From an uncultured Erysipelotrichaceae bacterium (GTDB lineage: Bacteria; Bacillota_I; Bacilli_A; RFN20; CAG-826), in NCBI GenBank assembly GCA_902800355.1, contig CADCEE010000001.1, forward strand, positions 24,625 through 88,624: a DNA stretch of 64,000 bases, in the 5' to 3' direction. The position numbers and the translations under genes are program-made. The notes under the pieces are model-generated. The model was not told the DNA's origin and ran no database searches. It worked only from the letters and a program-made list of their open reading frames with translations. Positions within the stretch are counted from its first letter, which is position 1. Every line of letters begins with the position of its first letter. Below, one piece after another: positions 1 through 9,253 of this stretch.

Positions 1-1277
1 AAGTCCAAGCTATTTTAGCAATGACTTTAAGAAGATTAACTGGTATTGAAACCGATAAACTTGAAGCCGAAAAAGCTCAACTTGAGGCTAACATTAAAGA
101 ATATAACCACATCTTATCTTCTAGAGAAAATGAGATTGAAGTTGTTGTTAAAGAATTATTAGAAATTAAAGAGAAATACGCAGATGCACGTAGAACTGAA
201 ATTACTAATGATGCCGCTAACATCGACGATGAAGATTTAATCCCACAAGAAAATATCGTTGTTGCTATTACTCGTGGTGGATATGTTAAGAGATTAACAT
301 CCGATTCCTTTAAAGCACAAAATAGAGGTGGTCGTGGTGTTAGAGGTATGTCCACTAATGAAAATGATATTGTGGACAATATGGTCTATACCAAAACCCA
401 TACCGACTTACTCTTCTTTACCGATTTCGGTAAAGTCTATAGAATTCGTGGTTATATGATCCCAGAATTCTCTAAAGCTAGTAAGGGTGTTCCAATTATT
501 AACTTAATTAACATCGAAAAAGGCGAAAACGTTAAAGCTATTATTGCTTGTGATGAATATCAAGAAGATCATTATTTAATGTTCTTTACCAAGAAAGGTG
601 TTGTTAAGAAAACACTTATTAGTGAATATGAATCCATTCGTCAAAATGGTAAGATTGCTATCTCTATGAGAGAAGGCGATACCTTATTCGCAGTTAAAGA
701 AGTCCATGAGGATACCATTATCGGTATTGCTGCAAGTAATTCCAAGATGGTGAACTTTAAAGGTGAAGAAGTTAGACCAATGGGTCGTACCGCTAGTGGT
801 GTTAAAGGTATCGAACTCGCTGAAAGCGAGGAAGTTGTTGGAGTTACTACATCCTTAGAAGGTGAACACATCTTAGCGATGACCACAAAAGGATTTGGCA
901 AACTCACTCCTGTCTTTGATGCGGACGGAGATACCACATATAGAATTACCAAACGTGGTGCTAAAGGTGTTACAACCTTAAAAGCTACTGACAAAGTTGG
1001 TGATTTAATTGCTGTTAAGGCTGTCTCTTTAGAAGATGACTTAATGTGCATTACTTCTGCTGGTATTGTTATTAGAACTCCACTTTCTCAAATCAGAATT
1101 TGTGGTAGAAATACTTCAGGTGTCAAAATTATGAACCTCGAAGGTAGACAAAAAATCGTTTCTATCGCCATTGTTCCTCATGAAGAACCATCTGAAGAGG
1201 GAGAAGTTGAAGCTGAAGAAGCGGAAACTGAAGCTGCTCCAGCAGTGGAAGAATTTAAAGATACTTCTTTAGAATAA
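1..1277 (+). CDS. gyrA: DNA gyrase subunit A, C-terminal part (5' end lies upstream of the window)
   Basis: The frame is open from the window edge. It has a GyrA-box-like QNRGGRGVRG, repeated beta-pinwheel blade motifs (GGYVKR, FGKVYR, KGVVKK, GFGKL, AGIVIR) and an acidic Glu-rich tail. Confidence 0.9.
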   Translation, partial: VQAILAMTLRRLTGIETDKLEAEKAQLEANIKEYNHILSSRENEIEVVVKELLEIKEKYADARRTEITNDAANIDDEDLIPQENIVVAITRGGYVKRLTSDSFKAQNRGGRGVRGMSTNENDIVDNMVYTKTHTDLLFFTDFGKVYRIRGYMIPEFSKASKGVPIINLINIEKGENVKAIIACDEYQEDHYLMFFTKKGVVKKTLISEYESIRQNGKIAISMREGDTLFAVKEVHEDTIIGIAASNSKMVNFKGEEVRPMGRTASGVKGIELAESEEVVGVTTSLEGEHILAMTTKGFGKLTPVFDADGDTTYRITKRGAKGVTTLKATDKVGDLIAVKAVSLEDDLMCITSAGIVIRTPLSQIRICGRNTSGVKIMNLEGRQKIVSIAIVPHEEPSEEGEVEAEEAETEAAPAVEEFKDTSLE

Positions 1278-1315
1278 TTAACCTAATTATTAGTTAAATA
1301 AAGGACATAAATAGT

Positions 1316-2599
1316 ATGTTAGATATTAATTTAATTAGAGAAAAGCCTGAATACGTTAAAGAGGCTCTTAAAAAGAAACTCTGGGATACAGATTTCACAG
1401 AACTCTTATCCTGGGATAAAGAAAAACGAGAACTCTTAAAAGTTGTTGAAGATAATAAGGCAGAAATGAATAGACTTTCAGCTTCTGTTCCTGCTGCTAA
1501 AAAAGCTGGAGAAGATGTTTCTAAGATCTTCATGCAAGTTAAAGAAATTGCAAAGAAAAATGCGGAATTTGAGGCAAAATTAGAGCAAATTTCCGCTAAA
1601 ATGACCGAATTTCTTGAAACTTTACCAAACATTCCAGATGATGATTTAGTAGGTGGTGGAAAAGAAAATAATAAGGTCATTCATGTGTACGGCAAGAAGC
1701 CAGAATTTAGCTTTAAAATGAAGGACCATGTTGAACTCGCAACTTCCTTAGGATTAGTCGATTATGACCGTGGTGCTAAGGTTGCTGGTAGAGGGAGCTG
1801 GGTCTACACAAATTTAGGAGCTCAACTTGAGTGGGCATTACTTAATTTCTTCATTTCTGAGCACTTAAAGGATGGTTATGAATTTATACTACCACCACAC
1901 TTATTAAGTGAACAAAGTGGATACGTTGCTGGTCAATTCCCAAAGTTTAGAGAAGATGTTTTCTGGCTTGAGGGACTTGAACCAAAAAGATTCTTACTCC
2001 CAACTGCAGAAACAGCATTAGTGAATCTTCATAGAGATGAGATTATGAGTGAAGATGATCTTCCAAGAAAATATTTCGCTTATACTCCATGTTATAGAAG
2101 AGAAGCAGGAAGTTATCGTACCGAAGAAAGAGGTATGATTAGAGGATATCAATTCGACAAAGTCGAAATGGTGCAATATACCAAACCAGAAGAAAGCGAT
2201 AAGGCTTTTGAAGAATTAGTGGGAAAAGCCGCTAGCTTAGTGGATAAACTTGGATTACATTTCCAAATTTCTAAATTAGCTGCTGGAGATATCTCCCACT
2301 CTATGGCTAGAACTTATGATATTGAAGTTTATATTCCTTCAATTGGTATTTATAAAGAAGTTAGCTCTGCTAGTAACGCTAGAGACTATCAAGCTAGACG
2401 TGGAAAAGTGAGATATAGAGACTCCGCTACTGGTAAAACCAGATTCGTTCATACCTTAAACGCTTCTGGACTTGCTACTAGCCGTGTATTCCCTGCTATC
2501 TTAGAACAATATCAACAAGAAGATGGCTCAGTCGTTGTCCCTGAAGTCTTAAGACCATTTATGGGCGGACTTGAAGTCATTAGACCCGTTAAAAAATAA
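1316..2599 (+). CDS. serS: Seryl-tRNA synthetase
   Basis: 427 aa with an N-terminal coiled-coil arm (MLDINLIREKPE...). Class II motifs are present (LLPTAE, CYRREAGS, GYQFDKVEM, LNASGLATSR). Confidence 0.95.
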   Translation: MLDINLIREKPEYVKEALKKKLWDTDFTELLSWDKEKRELLKVVEDNKAEMNRLSASVPAAKKAGEDVSKIFMQVKEIAKKNAEFEAKLEQISAKMTEFLETLPNIPDDDLVGGGKENNKVIHVYGKKPEFSFKMKDHVELATSLGLVDYDRGAKVAGRGSWVYTNLGAQLEWALLNFFISEHLKDGYEFILPPHLLSEQSGYVAGQFPKFREDVFWLEGLEPKRFLLPTAETALVNLHRDEIMSEDDLPRKYFAYTPCYRREAGSYRTEERGMIRGYQFDKVEMVQYTKPEESDKAFEELVGKAASLVDKLGLHFQISKLAAGDISHSMARTYDIEVYIPSIGIYKEVSSASNARDYQARRGKVRYRDSATGKTRFVHTLNASGLATSRVFPAILEQYQQEDGSVVVPEVLRPFMGGLEVIRPVKK

Positions 2600-2620
2600 T
2601 TATCAAGATTATGCAAATTG

Positions 2621-2646
2621 CCTTCTCTTTATGAGAAGGTTTTTTG
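2621..2646 (+). terminator. Rho-independent terminator of serS
   Basis: Stem ccttctc/gagaagg with loop tttat, followed by a T-run (2640-2645). Confidence 0.75.
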
Positions 2647-2653
2647 TTATAAT
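2645..2653 (+). promoter_or_regulatory. Extended -10 promoter (TGTTATAAT) placed 6 nt upstream of the ATG at 2660, implying a leaderless mRNA
   Basis: TGnTATAAT match. No Shine-Dalgarno sequence lies between it and the ATG. Confidence 0.5.
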
Positions 2654-2659
2654 GTTTCT

Positions 2660-3001
2660 ATGGCATATTTAAAAGATTTTTCAGGCAGAATCATATTAGA
2701 AATCAATAGCTCAGGTATAAGAGAATTCGGTGGTGTTTATAAATACAAACTAGATGGAGATTATATCAAAGAGTGGAGTGGAAAAATCCTTTATAAGATT
2801 GAAGGGGACGTCATTAAAGATTTCTATGGAAGAATTTGTCTACAATGCGCTGGAGGACAGATTAAAAGATTCGGTGGCCAAATAATGTATAAATATGATG
2901 AACAATATATCAAAGAATATAGTGGCCAAATCATCTATCGATTCGATGGATTTTGGACTCATAAAGAGAAGTTGGCAATCTTCACATTACTATTTGAATA
3001 A
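2660..3001 (+). CDS. Small repeat protein (113 aa) with 7-8 tandem ~12-aa units, resembling 4-fold beta-flower type repeat proteins
   Basis: The unit [DE]xxG+I(ILY)Y+h recurs: DFSGRIILEI, EFGGVYKYKL, EWSGKILYKI, DFYGRICLQC, RFGGQIMYKY, EYSGQIIYRF. I moved the start from the track's TTG at 2618 to the ATG at 2660 because 2621-2646 is the serS terminator. Confidence 0.6.
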   Translation: MAYLKDFSGRIILEINSSGIREFGGVYKYKLDGDYIKEWSGKILYKIEGDVIKDFYGRICLQCAGGQIKRFGGQIMYKYDEQYIKEYSGQIIYRFDGFWTHKEKLAIFTLLFE

Positions 3002-3025
3002 GTGCGAAATTTGCACTTTTTCTTT
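3001..3025 (+). terminator. Rho-independent terminator
   Basis: Stem agtgc/gcact followed by tttttc. Confidence 0.6.
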
Positions 3026-3061
3026 ACTATATATCCTTATTTATATTAATATAATGACGAG

Positions 3062-4264
3062 GTGAGCATTATGACACTTAAAGAAATACGCAAAAACTGC
3101 AAATTAACTCAAAAGGAAGCTAGCGATGTTGTTGGCATGCCTTTAAGAACTTATGTTGATTATGAAACTAAAGAAAAAGAAGTGGATCAAATCAAATTAC
3201 AAGGTATTAAAGATCGTTTATTAGAACACGCTAGTAAAGACACTTCTATCTTAAAAGATAAGGTTTTATTAATTACTGGTGGTACTGGTAGTTTTGGTCA
3301 CGCTGTTGTTGACCGTTTCTTGGATTCTGAAATTAAAGAGATTCGTATTTTATCTCGTGATGAAAAGAAACAAGATGATATGCGAAAGGCATATAATAAC
3401 TCCAAATTAAAATTCTATATTGGAGATGTGAGAAATCTAGATTCTATTATCGATGCTTTTAAAGGTGTTGATTATGTTTTCTCTGCTGCTGCTTTAAAAC
3501 AAGTTCCTTCATGTGAATTTTATCCAATGGAAGCAGTAAGAACTAATGTTATTGGTAGTGATAATGTTATTACTGCCTGTGTCCGTAATGGAGTGAAAAA
3601 GGCTATCTTCTTATCTACTGATAAGGCTGCTTATCCAATTAATGCTATGGGTATCTCTAAAGCATTAATGGAAAAGAACGTTATTGCAAGAAGTAGACAA
3701 CTTCTTCCAGGTGACACTATCTTATGTTTAACTAGATACGGTAACGTTATGGCCTCTAGAGGGTCAGTTATTCCTTTATTCTTAAATCAAATCCATGAAG
3801 GAAAGCCAATTACTATTACTAATCCAGATATGACTAGATTCATGATGACTTTAGATGATGCGGTTGATTTAGTGTTATATGCTTTTGAAAATGGCGAACA
3901 AGGTGATTTATTTGTTCAAAAAGCTCCAGCAGCCTCTATTGATACACTTGCTAAAGCCATTATTGAATTAACTGGTTCTAAAACTGGTATTTCATATATT
4001 GGCACTAGACACGGTGAAAAACTATATGAGACTCTTGTTACACAAGAAGAAATGCTCAAATCAGTAGATATGGGCAACTTCTTCTGCATTAAAGCGGATA
4101 ATCGTGATCTTAACTACGAGAAATATTTCTCTAAAGGAAATAAAAAACTTAATTTAGGCGAAAGTTATACATCCCACAACACTGGTAGATTAGATGTTGA
4201 AGGAATGAAAGAACTTCTTAAGAAACTCGAATTATTTGGTGGACCTGTTAGACAACATGAATAA
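3062..4264 (+). CDS. capE: UDP-GlcNAc 4,6-dehydratase/5-epimerase (CapE/FnlA/WbjB family) with an extra N-terminal XRE-type helix-turn-helix of about 55 aa
   Basis: The core LLITGGTGSFGHAV Rossmann motif and the CapD-like extended SDR body are present. The N-terminus LKEIRKNCKLTQKEASDVVGMPLRTYVDYE matches the HTH_3 pattern. The start could be GTG 3062 or ATG 3071. Confidence 0.8.
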   Translation: MSIMTLKEIRKNCKLTQKEASDVVGMPLRTYVDYETKEKEVDQIKLQGIKDRLLEHASKDTSILKDKVLLITGGTGSFGHAVVDRFLDSEIKEIRILSRDEKKQDDMRKAYNNSKLKFYIGDVRNLDSIIDAFKGVDYVFSAAALKQVPSCEFYPMEAVRTNVIGSDNVITACVRNGVKKAIFLSTDKAAYPINAMGISKALMEKNVIARSRQLLPGDTILCLTRYGNVMASRGSVIPLFLNQIHEGKPITITNPDMTRFMMTLDDAVDLVLYAFENGEQGDLFVQKAPAASIDTLAKAIIELTGSKTGISYIGTRHGEKLYETLVTQEEMLKSVDMGNFFCIKADNRDLNYEKYFSKGNKKLNLGESYTSHNTGRLDVEGMKELLKKLELFGGPVRQHE

Positions 4265-5360
4265 AATTTTAGTTACTGGCGCAAAAGGATTTATCGGAAA
4301 ACATCTTTGTCTTAAATTAGAAAGACTTGGATATATTGTTTTTAAGTATGACGTCGATTCTTCCTATGAAGAATTGGATAAATATGTTTCTGAATGTGAT
4401 TTTGTAGTCCATTTAGCAGGCATTAATCGTCCTTTAACTATTGAAGAGTTTTATGAAGGTAACACTAATTTTACAAAGTACTTAATTGATTTAATTAAAA
4501 CTAAAATGGGATTAGAGCTACCAGTTATTATGTCTAGCTCTACTCAAGCCGCTTTAGATAATGATTATGGTAAGAGTAAGAAAATGGGAGAGGATTATTT
4601 ATTTAATTCAGGTTTACCAGTTTACGTTTATCGACTTGCTAATGTCTTTGGAAAATGGTGTAGACCAAACTATAATTCTGCCGCAGCGACATTTTGCTAT
4701 AACATCGCTCATAACTTAGATATCTCTATTAGAGATAGAGAATATGTTGTTCATTATAATTATGTCGACGATATTGTTAATGAATTTATTAGAGTGATTA
4801 AATCCGAATCTAAAGGTTCTAAAGAAATCTTATCTGTTAAACCAGTTTATGATTGTTCTTTAGGAAAACTTGCAGACTTACTTTATTACTTTAAACAAGA
4901 AATTGAATCTAGTAGACATTTACCACTTATCCATGATGAATTTGAATTGAAATTATTCAAAACCCTCTGTGATTATTTATCTGATGAAGGTTATACCTTC
5001 AACTACGCTGAAGATGCTCGAGGAAGTTTTGAAGAATTATATAAATCAAAGAAGTGGGGACAAATCTCTGATAATGTAGCTTTCCCAGGAATCACTAAAG
5101 GTGGGCATTATCACACTTATAAAAAAGAAATCTTCTACACTGTTATTGGGGAAAGTGAAATTAAACAAAGAAACATCAAAACTAATGAAATGATTGTTAA
5201 TAAAGTTAGTGGAACCAACCCAGAACCAATTGAAATTAAAGTAGGCTATACCCATCAAATTACCAACATTGGTAAAATTGATACACACACAATCATGTGG
5301 ATCAGCGAAATATATAATCCAGATACACACGATACATTTAAAGAAGAGGTGGAAAAATGA
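4257..5360 (+). CDS. capF: CapF/FnlB/WbjC-like bifunctional reductase/epimerase (SDR domain plus C-terminal cupin)
   Basis: MNKILVTGAKGFIGKHL Rossmann motif, about 367 aa, with a His-rich cupin-like C-terminal half (GGHYHTYK...YTHQITN). Its ATG overlaps the capE stop. It lies between capE and capG as in known UDP-L-FucNAc operons. Confidence 0.75.
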   Translation: MNKILVTGAKGFIGKHLCLKLERLGYIVFKYDVDSSYEELDKYVSECDFVVHLAGINRPLTIEEFYEGNTNFTKYLIDLIKTKMGLELPVIMSSSTQAALDNDYGKSKKMGEDYLFNSGLPVYVYRLANVFGKWCRPNYNSAAATFCYNIAHNLDISIRDREYVVHYNYVDDIVNEFIRVIKSESKGSKEILSVKPVYDCSLGKLADLLYYFKQEIESSRHLPLIHDEFELKLFKTLCDYLSDEGYTFNYAEDARGSFEELYKSKKWGQISDNVAFPGITKGGHYHTYKKEIFYTVIGESEIKQRNIKTNEMIVNKVSGTNPEPIEIKVGYTHQITNIGKIDTHTIMWISEIYNPDTHDTFKEEVEK

Positions 5361-6481
5361 AAAAGAAAATTAAAGTAGTAACCATTATTGGTACCCGCCC
5401 TGAAATAATTCGCCTATCCGAAGTTATTAAAGCTTTAGATAAAGATGAAGAGATCGAACATATCTTAGTTCATACTGGGCAAAATTATGACTATGAATTA
5501 AATCAAATCTTCTTTGAAGAACTAGATTTAAGAGCGCCAGACTATTATTTAAACTGTGCTGGTAAAAATTTAGGTGAAACCATTGGTAATGCGATTGCTA
5601 AATCATATGATTTACTAAAAGAAATTAATCCAGACGCGGTTTTAATTCTAGGTGACACCAATTCTGCTTTATGTGCCATCTCTGCTAAAAGGTTAAAACT
5701 CCCTATCTTCCATATGGAAGCTGGTAATAGATGTGGTGACTGGAATGTTCCAGAAACTATTAATAGAAAGATCGTTGACCATATCTCTGATATTAATCTA
5801 CCTTACACTAATCACGCTTACGCTAATTTAATGAAAGAAGGCATTGAACCAGAATTTACATTTGTTACTGGTTCTCCAATGCTTGAAGTCTTAAATGCTC
5901 AAAATCATAAAATTGAAGCTAGTAAAGTCTTAGAAGAATTAGGCTTAGAAAAAGGTAAATATATTGTGGTTTCTTCACATAGAGAAGAAAACATTGATAT
6001 TGAAAAGAATTTCAATCAATTAATGCCTGCAATTAATGATATCGCTGAGAAGTATCAAATGCCTGTTATCTTCTCTACTCACCCAAGAACAAAAAAGAGA
6101 TTAGAGGCTAATAACTTCAAGATGCATCCACTTGTGAGGAATTTAAAACCACTAGGTTTCTTAGAATATGTAAAATTACAAGAAAATGCCTTTATCGTCT
6201 TAAGCGATAGCGGCACTCTTACAGAAGAAAGTGCAATGAGACACTTCCCAGCAGTTCTTATTAGAACTTCTACTGAAAGACCAGAGGGAGTGGAAGCTGG
6301 TAGTATTGTTGTTTCTGGAATCGATAGACAAGGTATTATGCTTGCGATTGATACTGAATTAATGAGATATAAATTCGCTAAGACACCAGAAAATTATGAC
6401 GTCACTGACGTCTCGGCAAGAGTCGTAAATCACATCAAAACAAAAATTGATGTTGTGAATAAAGAGATTTGGAAGAAGTAA
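5357..6481 (+). CDS. capG: UDP-N-acetylglucosamine 2-epimerase (non-hydrolysing; CapG/FnlC/WbjD type)
   Basis: 374 aa. VVTIIGTRPEIIRLS N-terminus, with HREEN and SDSGTLTEE motifs typical of the WecB family. Confidence 0.85.
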   Translation: MKKKIKVVTIIGTRPEIIRLSEVIKALDKDEEIEHILVHTGQNYDYELNQIFFEELDLRAPDYYLNCAGKNLGETIGNAIAKSYDLLKEINPDAVLILGDTNSALCAISAKRLKLPIFHMEAGNRCGDWNVPETINRKIVDHISDINLPYTNHAYANLMKEGIEPEFTFVTGSPMLEVLNAQNHKIEASKVLEELGLEKGKYIVVSSHREENIDIEKNFNQLMPAINDIAEKYQMPVIFSTHPRTKKRLEANNFKMHPLVRNLKPLGFLEYVKLQENAFIVLSDSGTLTEESAMRHFPAVLIRTSTERPEGVEAGSIVVSGIDRQGIMLAIDTELMRYKFAKTPENYDVTDVSARVVNHIKTKIDVVNKEIWKK

Positions 6482-7444
6482 TTACTTCTTCTTTTCTTTT
6501 ATATAGATTACTAATAAAGGTAAAGACATTGATATGGCGTAGAGTAACACCATTGAACCAATAATCATTAAAGTGTTAGGCATAACCGCAGGTACATCTT
6601 TAGTGATTGCCTTAAAGGCCATATAAACACCAAAGCCACCAAAAATACCGATTAAAGATAAGCAAATAGTTAATATATTAAACAAGGTTTTAAAACCACC
6701 TTGTTTATAAGTATCTTTATAAATCATGAAATTGAGGAACGCTCCGGCTAAAGAGCAGATAAAGAAGAAAATACAAATCATTTTTCCAGCATAAGCATCA
6801 AAAATACCAATCGCTAACGTTACTCCTAATAAGAAAGTAGCGATAAAAGCAAATAGAAAATGGAACTTTTCTTTTTTGAAAATATTAACTATTTGAGTAA
6901 ATGTTTCTTTAAAACTAGATTTTCCGTTTTTTGTTTTATCAGATTTATTAATCTGTGGTTTATCTTTTGAAGGAACTATGCCTTCTTCTATATTATTTTC
7001 CAGTTTTTCTTGGGTGACATATAAAGTATCAATATTACCAATGATTGTTTTAAAACAATCTACATAGATACTATATTTTCCACTTGGAACATAAATAACA
7101 CATAACGGATTAAATGTTTCAGTTACAACGTATAAAGATTTCATCTTATTAAGAACGTCATAAAAAGAATTGATTTGGATTTCTTTTAATTTAGAAACCT
7201 CAGCGATAAATGTTTCTTTATCAAAAGAAGCAGACTTAAATAAGAAAATCATTACTCCGACATCAATAACGTTGACTTGGATTTGCACAATATCTTTAAA
7301 AGAAATTGTGTCTTCATCGACATAATAAAACTCTGAAAGATCGTTTCTAGCGATAATTTCTTTAATTGGAGAAGTGTCTTTATTAACTAAAGAAAGGTGT
7401 TCTTGAAACGAAATTATAGAACCGTCTTTTCGAATGAATTTCAT
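6482..7444 (-). CDS. Hypothetical membrane protein (soluble N-terminal domain, Lys-rich linker, about 4 C-terminal TM helices)
   Basis: 320-aa ORF. Hydrophobic segments FHFLFAFIATFLLGVTLAIGIF, ICIFFFICSLAGAFLNFMIY, ILTICLSLIGIFGGFGVYMAF and LMIIGSMVLLYAISMSLPLLVIYI. No family recognised. Confidence 0.6.
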   Translation of the reverse strand: MKFIRKDGSIISFQEHLSLVNKDTSPIKEIIARNDLSEFYYVDEDTISFKDIVQIQVNVIDVGVMIFLFKSASFDKETFIAEVSKLKEIQINSFYDVLNKMKSLYVVTETFNPLCVIYVPSGKYSIYVDCFKTIIGNIDTLYVTQEKLENNIEEGIVPSKDKPQINKSDKTKNGKSSFKETFTQIVNIFKKEKFHFLFAFIATFLLGVTLAIGIFDAYAGKMICIFFFICSLAGAFLNFMIYKDTYKQGGFKTLFNILTICLSLIGIFGGFGVYMAFKAITKDVPAVMPNTLMIIGSMVLLYAISMSLPLLVIYIKEKKK

Positions 7445-7533
7445 AGTATGTATTGTATATTATAGGCTCAAATAAATAAATATACTTATTTAAAATGCCA
7501 TATATCAGTATAATAGTTATAAGAGGATTTTTT

Positions 7534-7905
7534 ATGAAATTTTTAAAATGTAAAATCTGTGGCAAGATTGTCGCAGTCGTCAACGAACGTCAAGTTCCTA
7601 CTATTTGCTGTGGTCAACCAATGGAAGAGATGGTCCCTAATACTTCTGATGGAGCGGTTGAAAAACACGTTCCTGTTTATGAAGTTAAAGGTAATGTTGT
7701 CCATGTTAAAGTGGGAAGTGTTGAACACCCAATGTTAGACAACCATTATATTGAATGGATCGCTGTTAAGACCAATCTTGGTAATCAAAGAAAAGTTTTA
7801 AAACCAGGTGAAAAACCAGAAGCTAAATTTGCTTTACTCCCAGGTGAAAAAGTTTTGGAAGTTTTAGAACACTGTAATTTACACGGTTTATACTCGGCTA
7901 AATAA
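7534..7905 (+). CDS. dfx: Desulfoferrodoxin (2Fe superoxide reductase)
   Basis: N-terminal desulforedoxin-like CKICG...CCG, followed by the SOR centre motifs EKHVP, HPM and HCNLHGL. RBS aagagga at 7521-7527. The track's earlier start at 7495 was not adopted. Confidence 0.9.
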   Translation: MKFLKCKICGKIVAVVNERQVPTICCGQPMEEMVPNTSDGAVEKHVPVYEVKGNVVHVKVGSVEHPMLDNHYIEWIAVKTNLGNQRKVLKPGEKPEAKFALLPGEKVLEVLEHCNLHGLYSAK

Positions 7906-7911
7906 ATTTAA

Positions 7912-9192
7912 ATGCGAATATTATTTGTTTTAGAGTGCGCTAACCAGTCCACTAACGGCACGACAGCGACTTGTTTAAGATTTGCTAAAGAGCTCGAAAA
8001 GAAGGGCCACGAAATCACCATTATCGGTTGTGACCGTATCATTGGAGAGAAGTGGCACCGCTACTATGGGCTCCCTAAATATAAATACCCATTTACCGAT
8101 AACCTCATCGTTAAAGATGGTTTTATATTGTGTAAATTAGTCTATGAAACAATGTTTGAAGCTTTAAAAGGACAAGATTTAGTTCATCTATTCTTACCTT
8201 TTAAGCTCGCAAATGTATTTAGACTTTTAGCCCAAGAACAAGGTATTGCCTGTACTACCGCTTTCCATATTGTTCCACAAAACATTACGGGTTGTATGCA
8301 CTTAGCAAAATCTAAACTCATTAATGGGATAATACTTTATTCCTTTAAACGTTATATTTATAACCAAGTTAGATATGTCCATTGCCCAAGTCAAATGGCC
8401 GCGGACTTAATGATGAAGCATCACTTTAAAAACAATGTTCCAAAAGTTATTTCTAATGGAGTTATTCCTTTCTTCCATAAAATTGAAGGAGTAGAAAAAC
8501 CAGAGGAATATAAAGATAAGTTTGTCATCTGTATGTCTGGTAGATTAACAGATGAAAAACGACAAGATTTATTAATCAAAGCTGCAGCGAGATCTAAATA
8601 TAATCAAAAAATCCAAGTCATATTATGTGGACAAGGTCCTAACTATGACAGATTAATGAAATTAACTAAGAAAAAAGGTCTTGCTAATCCAATTCAAATT
8701 AAGTTCTGTAAACCAGAAGAGTTAAGAAATATTCTTAATTATATTGATTTATATATCCATGCTTCCGATTATGAGATTGAAGGTATCTCTTGTATTGAAG
8801 CGATTACATGTGGAGCGGTACCACTTATTTCAAATCATAAGTTCTGCGCCACTAAAGATTTCGCTTTAGATAAAGAGAAATGTTTATTTAGACACGGTTC
8901 ATCCAAAGACTTATGTAGAAAAATCGAATGGTTCATCGAACATCCAAGTGAAGTGGAAGAACTTAAAAAGTTATACGCTGAAGAATCTAAGAAATACGCT
9001 TTATCCTATCAAGTTGATGCTTTAGAACAAATGTTTATTGATGCTTATAACGAGCAAAAAGAAGGAAAAGATTTACATTCGACTAAACCTAGAAGAAAAG
9101 ATAAACGCTTGTTAAGAAGAGCGCATCGAGCTGCTGAAAAACAAAGAAAACATCCAGAAATCCTAGCGAAATATTTTAAGACTCCATCTTAA
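7912..9192 (+). CDS. Glycosyltransferase family 4 (GT-B) with a strongly basic C-terminal tail; possibly a glycolipid synthase
   Basis: N-terminus MRILFVLE...NGTTA...GHEITIIG, and an E-x7-E-like region (YEIEGISCIEAITCGAVPL). The tail is KPRRKDKRLLRRAHRAAEKQRK. Confidence 0.7.
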   Translation: MRILFVLECANQSTNGTTATCLRFAKELEKKGHEITIIGCDRIIGEKWHRYYGLPKYKYPFTDNLIVKDGFILCKLVYETMFEALKGQDLVHLFLPFKLANVFRLLAQEQGIACTTAFHIVPQNITGCMHLAKSKLINGIILYSFKRYIYNQVRYVHCPSQMAADLMMKHHFKNNVPKVISNGVIPFFHKIEGVEKPEEYKDKFVICMSGRLTDEKRQDLLIKAAARSKYNQKIQVILCGQGPNYDRLMKLTKKKGLANPIQIKFCKPEELRNILNYIDLYIHASDYEIEGISCIEAITCGAVPLISNHKFCATKDFALDKEKCLFRHGSSKDLCRKIEWFIEHPSEVEELKKLYAEESKKYALSYQVDALEQMFIDAYNEQKEGKDLHSTKPRRKDKRLLRRAHRAAEKQRKHPEILAKYFKTPS

Positions 9193-9219
9193 TAGATGGA
9201 GCTTTCTTTTATTGACAAT

Positions 9220-9242
9220 AAAAAACCTCGATTAATTCGAGG
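9220..9242 (-). terminator. Terminator of the minus-strand tRNA pair
   Basis: Stem cctcga/tcgagg with loop ttaat. An A-run on the plus strand gives a U-run on the minus strand. Confidence 0.65.
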
Positions 9243-9253
9243 ATATTTACGTT

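Noticed and set aside
77-1051. Antisense and out-of-frame ORFs listed inside well-supported genes. Examples: 77-379(-), 641-1051(-), 1294-1680(-), 11331-11666(-), 16544-16846(+), 19664-20050(+), 26168-26467(-), 47711-48085(-), and the many 60-100-aa ORFs inside 52-62 kb.
   Set aside because: - They are shadow ORFs nested in genes with clear family signatures.
- They have low-complexity or Ser/Leu-rich translations and no RBS.
2618-2659. TTG start at 2618 for the repeat protein
   Set aside because: - These codons are the serS terminator hairpin plus the promoter.
- The ATG at 2660 follows the extended -10.
6479-6484. Convergent genes whose stop codons abut (TAA|TTA), here and at 16414-16419
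   Set aside because: - This reflects compact gene packing.
- I see no hairpin or other signal at either site.
- It is probably not functional beyond possible transcriptional interference.
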